This document shows positions 27,104-35,697 of a stretch of DNA of 64,000 nt, in pieces (position 1 is the stretch's first letter; the number at the start of each line of letters is the position of its first letter). The notes below the pieces were generated by a model, which ran no database searches, was not told the DNA's origin, and worked only from the letters and a program-made list of their open reading frames with translations. The DNA lies in NCBI GenBank assembly GCA_037445065.1, contig JBBILD010000001.1, positions 56,716 to 120,715 of the forward strand, written 5' to 3'. The position numbers and the translations under genes were made by a program. The DNA comes from Myxococcales bacterium. Lineage in GTDB: Bacteria > Desulfobacterota > Binatia > HRBIN30.

Positions 27104-27676
27104 ATGGCCTGGCCAGGAAAAGATCGCGGGTGGTTCGAGCGCGAGGTCCTACCTCATCTCTCTGCACTGTATCAGTTTGCCGTAGAGCTGGCCGGCCTAG
27201 ACGACGCAGAGGACCTTGTGCAGACGGCCGTTCTGCGTGCATGGCAGCGGCGGGCATTGGCGCGGCCGGACCGCAGTTTGCGACCCTGGCTCTTTGCGAT
27301 TCTGCGGCATGAGTGGATCGATGAATGTAGGCGGCGCCAGCGTGTCGGTCGCTGCGACAACGTAACGGAGGAGTTGCTTCTGACGCCGTTGTCTTCTGAT
27401 CCAGTGGCATTGGTGGCTCAACAGCGAAATGCTCGCCGGGTGCGGGACGCTCTCCGGGCCATTCCTGAGGCGTTCCGTTGGCCGGTTTACTTGAAGGACG
27501 TCGAGGGGTTCGGGTACCGCGAAATCGCGGAAATTTTGGGACTTCCTATCGGTACCGTAATGAGCCGTCTCGCCAGGGGCCGCGCGCTGCTCCGAGAGCG
27601 CCTGGAGGAAGTGGCAGCGGAGTCAGGTGTTGCCGGGTCACGGTCCGTCGTAAGGAAGCGGACAAATGGATTGTAG
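27104..27676 (+). CDS. ECF RNA polymerase sigma factor (SigR/SigH-like)
   Basis: DAEDLVQ, RPWLFAILRH, and region 4 DVEGFGYREIAEILGLPIGTVMSRLARGR. Confidence 0.92.
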   Translation: MAWPGKDRGWFEREVLPHLSALYQFAVELAGLDDAEDLVQTAVLRAWQRRALARPDRSLRPWLFAILRHEWIDECRRRQRVGRCDNVTEELLLTPLSSDPVALVAQQRNARRVRDALRAIPEAFRWPVYLKDVEGFGYREIAEILGLPIGTVMSRLARGRALLRERLEEVAAESGVAGSRSVVRKRTNGL

Positions 27677-28493
27677 TAGTTGTCAGCGGTACGTGACCGC
27701 ATACGTCGATCACGAGCTGGGCCTGGAACAAATGCTCCTTGTCGAGGAGCACGTTGCCGCGTGTTCTGCTTGCCGTGGGCGGCTCGAGAACGAGCGGGAA
27801 ACAGCCCTTCTGGTAGCCGAATACTTTCCGCGCCTGGTGGCTCCGGAACGTTTGCTGCATCGGATTCGAGCTGCGCTTCGCTCGCCGGTGCGGTGGCCCG
27901 TGCGCAGCACACCGGTTTGGCCCCTGGCTGCCGGTTTATTCTTGGTTTGGTTGGGTTGGTGGATCGGAATCGGGGGTGTCTTGAGCAAGAACCCACCGGA
28001 AATCGTGCGCGACGCCATTGAGCTTCACCGCCACTCAGGGCTTCCCGATGCTTCGGCTGTGCGAACGGATGATCCCGCCCTTGCGAATCGATGGCTGCGG
28101 GAGCGGCTTGCGTTCATTCCTGAGGGTGCGCTCAGAACGCCGGATGGTGCCGAACTCGTGGCTGCACAGGTCGTCACCATTGCTGGCACGTCGGCGGGTT
28201 TCGTCCGCTACCGGGCGCGGGACGGGCATGTTTCGTTGTTTCTCCTCCCGGCACGCTCTCTTCCCGCTAGCGGGGAGAAATTTTGGGTCGGCGGAGTGGA
28301 GTTTCGAGCCTACGCGTGGCAAGGAGAAAGGCCAATTTTGTGGAATCATGACTCCGTTTCTTACATTTTAGTCGCTGAGTCGAATCGGGAAATCGGGGAA
28401 CATGTCCGCGACCGGTCCCCGCGGGCCTGCGGGGTGTGTCATTCGGTCGGGAACGAATGGGCCCGGAAGCTCTCCTCCGGAGAGTTGTTGTAA
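27666..28493 (+). CDS. Zinc-finger (ZAS) transmembrane anti-sigma factor with C-terminal CxxCH
   Basis: N-terminal C...YVDHEL...HVAACSAC (HxxxCxxC), one TM, extracytoplasmic domain, and CGVCH at 28428-28442. Overlaps the sigma stop. Confidence 0.85.
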   Translation: MDCSSCQRYVTAYVDHELGLEQMLLVEEHVAACSACRGRLENERETALLVAEYFPRLVAPERLLHRIRAALRSPVRWPVRSTPVWPLAAGLFLVWLGWWIGIGGVLSKNPPEIVRDAIELHRHSGLPDASAVRTDDPALANRWLRERLAFIPEGALRTPDGAELVAAQVVTIAGTSAGFVRYRARDGHVSLFLLPARSLPASGEKFWVGGVEFRAYAWQGERPILWNHDSVSYILVAESNREIGEHVRDRSPRACGVCHSVGNEWARKLSSGELL

Positions 28494-28510
28494 CGAGTTG
28501 GGGTGGACGG

Positions 28511-29641
28511 ATGAGAAAACCAGCAAGATCTTTGGCGGCCTCTCTTTTCGGTGCTTTTGCATTGTACCTCCCGAAGGGCGTGTTGGAGCCAATCATTCCG
28601 GCAGACAACCCATTGACGGTCGAGAAAGTGGAATTGGGAAAGAAACTGTATTTTGACAAACGCCTTTCGGCGGATGGGACGGTGGCTTGTGCTACCTGTC
28701 ACGATCCCACGAAGGGCTTCTCGGACGGTCGTCCTGTGGCCACTGGGATCCGCAACCAAGCGGGTGCTCGCAACTCGCCAACCGTCTTGTACGCTGGGTT
28801 CAGCGAGATCCAGTTCTGGGACGGGAGAGCACCATCCTTGGAAGAACAGGCAAAACAGCCCCTCATCAACCCGGTAGAAATGGGACAACCGTCGCATGAT
28901 GCGGTCGTGAAGGCGGTGCAGGCGGTTGCCGACTATCCGCCCCTGTTCCAGCGCGCCTTTGGTAGCCCTACGATCACGATTGACCGGATTGTTCAAGCAA
29001 TCGCCTCCTTCGAGCGAACACTGGCACCGTTTTCCTCGCCCTTCGATCGCTTTCTGGCCGGGGAAAAAGACGCGATTAGCGACTCCGCCAAGCGCGGCTT
29101 CCAGCTGTTTTTGGGTAAGGCGCGCTGCGTTACCTGCCACGAATTCAACGCCGCATTTCCGTTCTTTACCGACAACAAGTTCCACAACATCGGCGTGGCA
29201 ATGAAAGGGAACTTCGAACAGTTGGCCCGCGAGGCGCAAGCCTTGGTGGGTCGTGGGAAAGAGGCCGAAGCGGAGCTCACCCACAAGCCGGGGGTCGAAG
29301 CACTGGGCCGCTGGATCGTTTCCCGCGAGCCAAAGGACATTGGAGCCTTCAAAACCCCGGGCCTTCGCAACGTCGCCTTGACGGCGCCGTACATGCACGA
29401 CGGCAGCTTGCGAACGCTCGAAGAGGTGATGGAGTTCTACAATAAGGGCGGGGAACCAAATCCCAACTTGGACGGAGGCATGCGCCCGCTCGGCCTCACG
29501 CAGCAGGAAATCACAGATATCATCGAGTTCATGAAGAGCCTGACGGACGAAAGTGGAGGCAAGAATTTCAACTGGGAGGAATTGAAAGCGTTGGCTCAGA
29601 AAACACGCGCTGGGGAGTTGGTGCCGGGCCCCGCGCCGTGA
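28511..29641 (+). CDS. Di-heme cytochrome c peroxidase / MauG family protein
   Basis: LGKKLYFDKRLS, CATCH, RNSPTV, QFWDGRA, CVTCH and FKTPGLRNVALTAPYMHDGS...EFYNKGG. Confidence 0.92.
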   Translation: MRKPARSLAASLFGAFALYLPKGVLEPIIPADNPLTVEKVELGKKLYFDKRLSADGTVACATCHDPTKGFSDGRPVATGIRNQAGARNSPTVLYAGFSEIQFWDGRAPSLEEQAKQPLINPVEMGQPSHDAVVKAVQAVADYPPLFQRAFGSPTITIDRIVQAIASFERTLAPFSSPFDRFLAGEKDAISDSAKRGFQLFLGKARCVTCHEFNAAFPFFTDNKFHNIGVAMKGNFEQLAREAQALVGRGKEAEAELTHKPGVEALGRWIVSREPKDIGAFKTPGLRNVALTAPYMHDGSLRTLEEVMEFYNKGGEPNPNLDGGMRPLGLTQQEITDIIEFMKSLTDESGGKNFNWEELKALAQKTRAGELVPGPAP

Positions 29642-29676
29642 GAACGGAACACGGTACCGGGAAGGAGGAATGAGTC

Positions 29677-30825
29677 ATGGCAAAGTACACGCTCCCTCAG
29701 GAACGGAAAAAACAAGAGTATCTGGGCGAGCGCGACCGGTTTTTCGCCGAGCTGCCTAAGCTCAACCGTCGAGACTTTTTCAGGGTTGCCGCCAAGGCAG
29801 CGGCAGTGGCCACCGCGTTCTGGAAGGGGTATCCACCCCACTCGTTTCAACTGATTCGGGTTGCCGAAGCGAAGCAGAGCCAACCTAAATTCACGTTCGC
29901 GTATATCTCCGATACACACATTCTCGACAAAGGGCTCAATCATCGCTTTGTCAAAGCCTGCCAGAAGGCGGTTCAGGACGTGAATGCGCTCGATCCGCAG
30001 CCCGATTTTGTCTTGTTCGGGGGCGACTTGGCGCAGTTGGGCAAGGCCGAGGAGCTGTCGATCGGGCAGCAGATCTTGAAGGAGTTAAAAGCTCCCGTAC
30101 GCATGATGGTTGGCGAGCATGACTGGTACTTGGACATGGGCGAGAAGTGGCGCGAAATGTTCGGTGAGCCCACGTATTCGTTTGATCACAAGGGCGTCCA
30201 CTTCGTTGTTTTGAATTCGGTGATCGTCGAGGACTATTGGACCGAGCCGAAGATGACCCCGATGGAGCGCATGCTCGCTATGGCGCAACTCGACAATCCG
30301 AACGGCCGCCCATTTATGGTAGGCGAAGAGCAACGCGATTGGTTGCGGAAGGATTTGGCGAAGGTCGACAAAAAGACTCCAGTCGTGGTCTTCTCGCACT
30401 CCCCGCTATACAAGTACTACCGCCCATGGAACTTTTGGACCGAGGATGCCGAAGAGGTCCAGAAGTTGCTGTTTCCGTTCGAATCGGTGACCGTCATCCA
30501 CGCGCACACGCATCAGGTGCTGACCAACCGCATCCGCAACATTACCTTCCATGGGGTTTTATCGACCGCCTGGCCCTGGCCGTATGCGCCCACCGGGATT
30601 CCAGAACTCACCGTTCAAATGGTCCGGGCGGACCCTTTTAATCAGTTCGATGGTTGCGGCTGGGGAACCGTCTCGATGCGAGAAGATGGCCAGGCGGACA
30701 AACACTACGTACTCTGGGACCGGAACCCAATGACCGTGACGTTTGACCACGTGCGCCGAGGCAAGGAAGGAATGCGTGAGCTGGCAAAGCCGTTCCAGGG
30801 TAGCCTGAGCTGGCCATCGTACTGA
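29677..30825 (+). CDS. Tat-exported calcineurin-like metallophosphoesterase
   Basis: LNRRDFF twin-arginine motif. SDTH, GGDL, GEHD, SHSP and HAHTH metal motifs. AGGAGG RBS. Confidence 0.88.
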   Translation: MAKYTLPQERKKQEYLGERDRFFAELPKLNRRDFFRVAAKAAAVATAFWKGYPPHSFQLIRVAEAKQSQPKFTFAYISDTHILDKGLNHRFVKACQKAVQDVNALDPQPDFVLFGGDLAQLGKAEELSIGQQILKELKAPVRMMVGEHDWYLDMGEKWREMFGEPTYSFDHKGVHFVVLNSVIVEDYWTEPKMTPMERMLAMAQLDNPNGRPFMVGEEQRDWLRKDLAKVDKKTPVVVFSHSPLYKYYRPWNFWTEDAEEVQKLLFPFESVTVIHAHTHQVLTNRIRNITFHGVLSTAWPWPYAPTGIPELTVQMVRADPFNQFDGCGWGTVSMREDGQADKHYVLWDRNPMTVTFDHVRRGKEGMRELAKPFQGSLSWPSY

Positions 30826-30857
30826 CCGAACCCCGGCTGGACGGAAGGAGAACACAG

Positions 30858-31466
30858 ATGCGTTGGGTTGCAAAGAGACAGTGGCTGTTTGGGTTTGCCG
30901 GGCTGCTCGCAATTTCGATGCGTCCGGCTTACGCGGGCGAGATTGCCAAGCATCAATTGCCCTCAGCCCCGGATGGGCAAAGCAAGGTGGTGGGCCTATG
31001 TGACGGAGAAACGTCCGTTGTGGTCCCCGGTGTCGCTGCCCATGATCGAATGAGTCCTCAGCAGGCACGTTCGGTCGCAACGGAACTCATGCGGCGGCAC
31101 GAGGAAAAGAACCAAGTAGCCCACGGAGGGCAGGAACACACGCAGCGCGAGATCCGGGTTTGGGAAGCGGAGCTGAAGCGTGTCGTTGACGAAGGATACC
31201 GGTTATTTCACTCGCCGGAGCTTGGGACCAACGGCATTTCTTGCGACATGTGTCACCCGGATGCGAGCAATACCCACCCGGAGACATACCCGAAGTTCCA
31301 AACCCAGCTTCGCCGCATTGCGCTGCTGCGCGACATGATCAACTGGTGTATTGAAAACCCGATGGAGGGTCCGCCACTACCGGAACACGATGATAAGATG
31401 AAGGCGTTGGAGGCATACATCATCTCAACTAGGAAGGGTGTGGCATTAGCTCCCGGCAAGCATTGA
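30858..31466 (+). CDS. Periplasmic mono-heme cytochrome c, SoxA/TsdA-like domain
   Basis: Signal peptide, CDMCH, and YPKF...MINWCIENPMEG...MKALEAYI resembling the His/Cys-heme domain of SoxA/TsdA. Confidence 0.8.
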   Translation: MRWVAKRQWLFGFAGLLAISMRPAYAGEIAKHQLPSAPDGQSKVVGLCDGETSVVVPGVAAHDRMSPQQARSVATELMRRHEEKNQVAHGGQEHTQREIRVWEAELKRVVDEGYRLFHSPELGTNGISCDMCHPDASNTHPETYPKFQTQLRRIALLRDMINWCIENPMEGPPLPEHDDKMKALEAYIISTRKGVALAPGKH

Positions 31467-31834
31467 TAGCGGAAGTCGGAGTCGCCGTTATTCTGGTCTT
31501 TTTCGGGGCAGGGGCCTCTGCGGGCGAGGAGGGGAAGTATCGCACTCGCCTCCTCGCCCGTGAGTTCCTCGAGCACCAACAGCAACTTGGTTTGGACCAG
31601 TCGCAGGTAGAACGACTCGAGGCGCTCGCTCAACGGTGGGAAGCGACCCACCGGGCACTGGCGCCGCGGGCATCGAAGGACGGGTATGCGAGCGTACAAG
31701 AAAAGGCGGACGCCTTATTCGTTTGGAAGGAGCTGAGCAGCCAGCGCGTTCTCGTTGACCGAGACGCATTGTTCGTGCTCTCCCCCGAGCAGCGCCAGAG
31801 GTGGCGGGGGCTTCATTCGCAAAAAACCCCATGA
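31463..31834 (+). CDS. Small helical periplasmic protein (Spy/CpxP-like)
   Basis: Signal-like N-terminus, QLGLDQSQVERL and VLSPEQRQRW (LTxxQ-like). TTGA overlap with the cytochrome stop. Confidence 0.55.
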   Translation: MIAEVGVAVILVFFGAGASAGEEGKYRTRLLAREFLEHQQQLGLDQSQVERLEALAQRWEATHRALAPRASKDGYASVQEKADALFVWKELSSQRVLVDRDALFVLSPEQRQRWRGLHSQKTP

Positions 31835-31950
31835 GCCCTCGGCCGTGATAAAGGCAACAAAAGGCATTCGCTGTCCACACAAAACATTCTTTCTCGTATT
31901 GCGCCATCCCGTATTTTGGGGCAACTTTTCGCCGACGAGCGAGGAACTGC

Positions 31951-33405
31951 ATGGATCGGCGCAGAAAGAAACCTGTGGGCGTACGGGGTGTCACCCGTCG
32001 AAGGGCATTGCAGCAAATCGGCGCGGCCGCCGGCGCGCTTTCGCTCTCCCCCCTGTGGATGGGCTGCGGCGACGATGGAGAGAAAGGGTTGTTCGACCAA
32101 CCTCCTTTGACGCCTCAAGAGTTGCGCGTCGACACGGTTGTGCTGGTCATGATGGAGAACCGAACCTTCGACCATTTTCTGGGCTCGTTGTCGCTGCACG
32201 AGGGAAGGTCGGTGGACGGCCTGCGAGCCGAGTTCTGGAACCCACGCCCTGACGGAAGTCGCGTACCGGTGTTCCCGTTGGGACCTCGGTGTGTTGCTGA
32301 TCCTCCACATGGCTGGGAGGCAAGCTTCCGCCAGGTCAACGACGGCCGCATGGACGGCTTTGTGCGCGAGCACTCCGCGGAGGTGGGTGCGGAACATGGG
32401 GATGAGGTCATGGGATACTACCAGCGTGCCCAGTTGCCCATTTACTACGCGCTGGCTGATGAGTTCGTGCTCTGCGAACGCTGGTTTTGCTCGGTGCGCG
32501 GCCCGACATGGCCGAACCGGATGTACTTGCATGCGGCGCAGTCCGATGGCCGCAAGGACAATAGTTTTCCTGGGCCGGCGGGTTTTCGCTTTGCCACGAT
32601 TTACGACGTACTCAACGCTGTCGGGATCGAGTGGAAGTACTACTTTCTTGACTTGCCGTTCTTAGCCCTCTGGGGGAGCCTGCGCACCCAATCGCAACGC
32701 TTGCGCCCGCTCGAAGAATTCTTCGAAGATGCTCGCTCCGGTCGGCTACCACCCGTGACAATCGTGGAGCCGGGGTTCACGCTGAACGACGACCATCCTC
32801 CGCACGACATCCAATTGGGGCAGGCGTTCATTGCGGCGGTTCTTCGAACCTTAGGAACTAGTCCTCACTGGCCCCGCTGCCTCTTCATCCTCACGTACGA
32901 TGAACACGGCGGTTTCTTTGACCACGTACCACCACCGACTGTACCGGACGAGCGCTCTGACCAAGGTTTCGGTGCCTTGGGCCCGCGTGTCCCAAGTTTT
33001 CTCGTATCCCCGTGGGCCAAGCGCGGGTTCGTGAGCCCTACGGTATATGAACACAGCTCGTTTCCCGCTTTCCTTGAGTTTCTCTTTGGTCTGGAACCTT
33101 TGACCATGCGGGACGCTCAAGCGAACATCTTTTTGGACGCTTTTGACCGAGATCGCCTGCTGCGCAACGACCCGCGCTCTTTCCCGGCCTTGCCCCAGCT
33201 TGTCGTGGACGAGGAGCCTGCGCCGGAGTGCGTCGCCCTCGGGGCACCCTCGGGACAAGCGGCCATTCAGGATATCGAACGCTGGGCAGATACCGGCGCC
33301 TTGGAGCGCGAGCTCGACCGGCGAAAGTACGCGCGAGAAACCCTTACCTATATCAACCGGCAGTTGGTGCGCTCCGGCTGGGCACGCTGGCGGCACAGCA
33401 GTTGA
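31951..33405 (+). CDS. Tat lipoprotein phosphoesterase (phospholipase C / AcpA family)
   Basis: TRRRAL...WMGC signal, MMENRTFDHFLG, GPTWPNR, DDHPPH, TYDEHGGFFDHV and GPRVP. Confidence 0.9.
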   Translation: MDRRRKKPVGVRGVTRRRALQQIGAAAGALSLSPLWMGCGDDGEKGLFDQPPLTPQELRVDTVVLVMMENRTFDHFLGSLSLHEGRSVDGLRAEFWNPRPDGSRVPVFPLGPRCVADPPHGWEASFRQVNDGRMDGFVREHSAEVGAEHGDEVMGYYQRAQLPIYYALADEFVLCERWFCSVRGPTWPNRMYLHAAQSDGRKDNSFPGPAGFRFATIYDVLNAVGIEWKYYFLDLPFLALWGSLRTQSQRLRPLEEFFEDARSGRLPPVTIVEPGFTLNDDHPPHDIQLGQAFIAAVLRTLGTSPHWPRCLFILTYDEHGGFFDHVPPPTVPDERSDQGFGALGPRVPSFLVSPWAKRGFVSPTVYEHSSFPAFLEFLFGLEPLTMRDAQANIFLDAFDRDRLLRNDPRSFPALPQLVVDEEPAPECVALGAPSGQAAIQDIERWADTGALERELDRRKYARETLTYINRQLVRSGWARWRHSS

Positions 33406-33525
33406 CAATGCTCGTGCTGTGCCCCGAGTTTCGCCTCTGTCCGTCTTCCTGACGTTTTCCCCCATGTCGGCAAGCAGCTGACGCGAGACGCTCCACTCGT
33501 GGAAGTCCGGCCCCTTTACGAGCGG

Positions 33526-33542
33526 TTGGCACCCGGATCGCT
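33526..33542 (+). promoter_or_regulatory. Candidate sigma-54 promoter upstream of the metalloprotease
   Basis: TTGGCACCCGGATCGCT has TGGCAC and GG-N10-GC spacing, about 30 nt before ATG 33572. Confidence 0.5.
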
Positions 33543-33571
33543 CTTCGTGTCCTCCCGACGGAGGACACGAA

Positions 33572-35602
33572 ATGTTGAAGAAAAAAATTTGGTGGCTTGC
33601 TGGTTGGCTGGCTGGGTGGGCTGCCCTAGCACATGCCACCACAATGATCGTGGCTGATGAACAGAAATTAGCCTCGGCGGCTGATCTCGTGGTGGTGGGA
33701 CGGGTGGAGTCAACAGCGCCAGTGCCAGATGCCGCTCGGGGCGGAGGCGTGCAAACCAACACGGTGCTGACCATCCGTGAGATATGGAAAGGGCACGCTG
33801 AAAGGGGGACAATCGTGATTTCCGAGCAGGGTGGCGATCTGGGCGAAATCTCGGAGCGCTATTTCGGAGTGCCGGAATACCGAAGTGGGGAGGTAGTCTT
33901 GGGCTTCCTGACGCGCCGCGTCGGTGGGGGCTGGCAAACCCTGGGCATGGCGATGGGCAAATTTTCCGTAGTCGAGGGATCTGCTGGAAGTTTGGCAATT
34001 CGAGACCTCGGTGCAGGAACGGATGCGCTGGAATGGGACGGCGCGACCCTCCGCAGGGTTCCGGGTCGGGCGGTCTATCGCCTCGAGGATTTGCGGCAAT
34101 CTGTGCAAGGCACCCTGCAGAAACGCATGGGTCCCAGGGCGGAGCCCCTCGAAACTGAAGACGTAGACGACCTGGAACAATACGTTGCGCCCTTTGGGCT
34201 TATGGGGAGCCCCGGTCGCTGGTTCGAGGTGGACGAAGGAGCACCAGTTGGCTTTTGGGTAGACGCAAACGGCGACTCGGGCCTCGGTTTTGCCGCCACC
34301 AGCCGAGCCGTCGATCGCGCGATGGCGGCTTGGTCGAATGTTCCGACGGCAAAAATCCAACTACAGAACTTGGGCGCCAGAGAACCAGCACCGCCAGATT
34401 GCAGGGGGCCAAGCCAAGTCTTGTTCAACGACCCGACAAACTCGATTAGTGACCCGTTCTTTTGTTCCGGCGTTCTCGCCCTCGGTGGGTACTGCACCAC
34501 TTCGGAAGAAATGGTGGTCAACGGAGTCAACTTTCGGCGCATCACCGTAGGCAAGGTTGTCTTTAACAACGGGTGGGAGGTCTGCCCGTTCTGGAACGAG
34601 TGCAATGTGGCGGAAGTTGTCACGCACGAACTCGGCCATGCGATCGGGATCGGGCACTCGGAGAACTCCCGCGCAACGATGTTCGCATATGCCCACTTCG
34701 ACGGTCGCTGCGCTTCGCTGCGCGCGGATGACGTGGCCGCGGTAAGCTTCATCTATCCGGCTTCAGAGTCCATGCACGACGTCGTGCTCGAAACCCCGCG
34801 GCCGGTCAGAGCCGTGATTCGGGCCGGTTCGCCCGAGGCAGTGGTGCCGGTAAGCGTCACTGTGCGCCATGCCGATTGGTGGGGAGGAGGCGCCTGGATC
34901 CGCTTGCAAGCCGAGGATGGCTCCTGCCCTGCCGGTACAGTTGAGAAAGTGGATTTTGGGGCCTTCTCGGAAGGGGATCGCGTCTACGTGCCTCCGGCAG
35001 GCGAGGCAAAAGGGGTGCTATCTCTACACTTGCGCAGCGACGCGTTTACTTCTCGCGATCCCAAGGCTCCAGCTCGCTGCGTTGTAGAACTCAGCGCCTC
35101 GGCCGAGGAAGCGGGGAATATGGACCCGTATCCCGGAAATGAGCGAGCCGCGGTCATCGTAGATGTGACCGACAAGAACGACTTAAACTCCAAATTGAAA
35201 CCTGTGCAAGTCGCCTTGCGAACGGTCAAGCCGGTTTTCATGCGCATCCCGTTGGGCAGAACCGAGGCGCTGAAAAGGGTCAACGTGCCTGTCCGATCGG
35301 CTGCGGCGGTGCAAACCGTCTCGGTTCGAGTCGAAACCTCCGATTGTCCGAGCGGTATCATTACCGGCGTTGTCTTACCCCGCTCGGTCGCTCCATTTAC
35401 AGATGTAGCGATGGGAGCAAACTCCACACGAACCGCGCAGGTCTTACTGCGAGCCGACCGCTCACTGTGGACATCCCTATTCGCGGGGTCTCCCGCCCGC
35501 TGCTCCGCAATGCTCGTCGTCGAAAGCGATCTTACCGACCCAGACTTGAGCAATAATGTGCTTCCACTTCTGATTGATGTTCAAGACGACAACGACATCT
35601 AG
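33572..35602 (+). CDS. Secreted matrixin-like (metzincin) zinc metalloprotease with two C-terminal repeats
   Basis: Signal peptide, HELGHAIGIGHS (HExxHxxGxxH) and Met-turn ATMF. Confidence 0.88.
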   Translation: MLKKKIWWLAGWLAGWAALAHATTMIVADEQKLASAADLVVVGRVESTAPVPDAARGGGVQTNTVLTIREIWKGHAERGTIVISEQGGDLGEISERYFGVPEYRSGEVVLGFLTRRVGGGWQTLGMAMGKFSVVEGSAGSLAIRDLGAGTDALEWDGATLRRVPGRAVYRLEDLRQSVQGTLQKRMGPRAEPLETEDVDDLEQYVAPFGLMGSPGRWFEVDEGAPVGFWVDANGDSGLGFAATSRAVDRAMAAWSNVPTAKIQLQNLGAREPAPPDCRGPSQVLFNDPTNSISDPFFCSGVLALGGYCTTSEEMVVNGVNFRRITVGKVVFNNGWEVCPFWNECNVAEVVTHELGHAIGIGHSENSRATMFAYAHFDGRCASLRADDVAAVSFIYPASESMHDVVLETPRPVRAVIRAGSPEAVVPVSVTVRHADWWGGGAWIRLQAEDGSCPAGTVEKVDFGAFSEGDRVYVPPAGEAKGVLSLHLRSDAFTSRDPKAPARCVVELSASAEEAGNMDPYPGNERAAVIVDVTDKNDLNSKLKPVQVALRTVKPVFMRIPLGRTEALKRVNVPVRSAAAVQTVSVRVETSDCPSGIITGVVLPRSVAPFTDVAMGANSTRTAQVLLRADRSLWTSLFAGSPARCSAMLVVESDLTDPDLSNNVLPLLIDVQDDNDI

Positions 35603-35697
35603 TAAGCAGGGACTTGGGTGTCGGTGCCGCGGGCTGTCGCTTTTCTTCGAAGCGAGGGAACTGCCCGCAAACCCGCAGCCAACAAGCGGCCCGGCGC

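Noticed and set aside
30858-31466. Calling the cytochrome soxA or tsdA and the locus a Sox cluster
   Set aside because: It has only one heme domain, there are no soxX, soxY, soxZ or tsdB genes, and the phosphoesterase is much shorter than SoxB.
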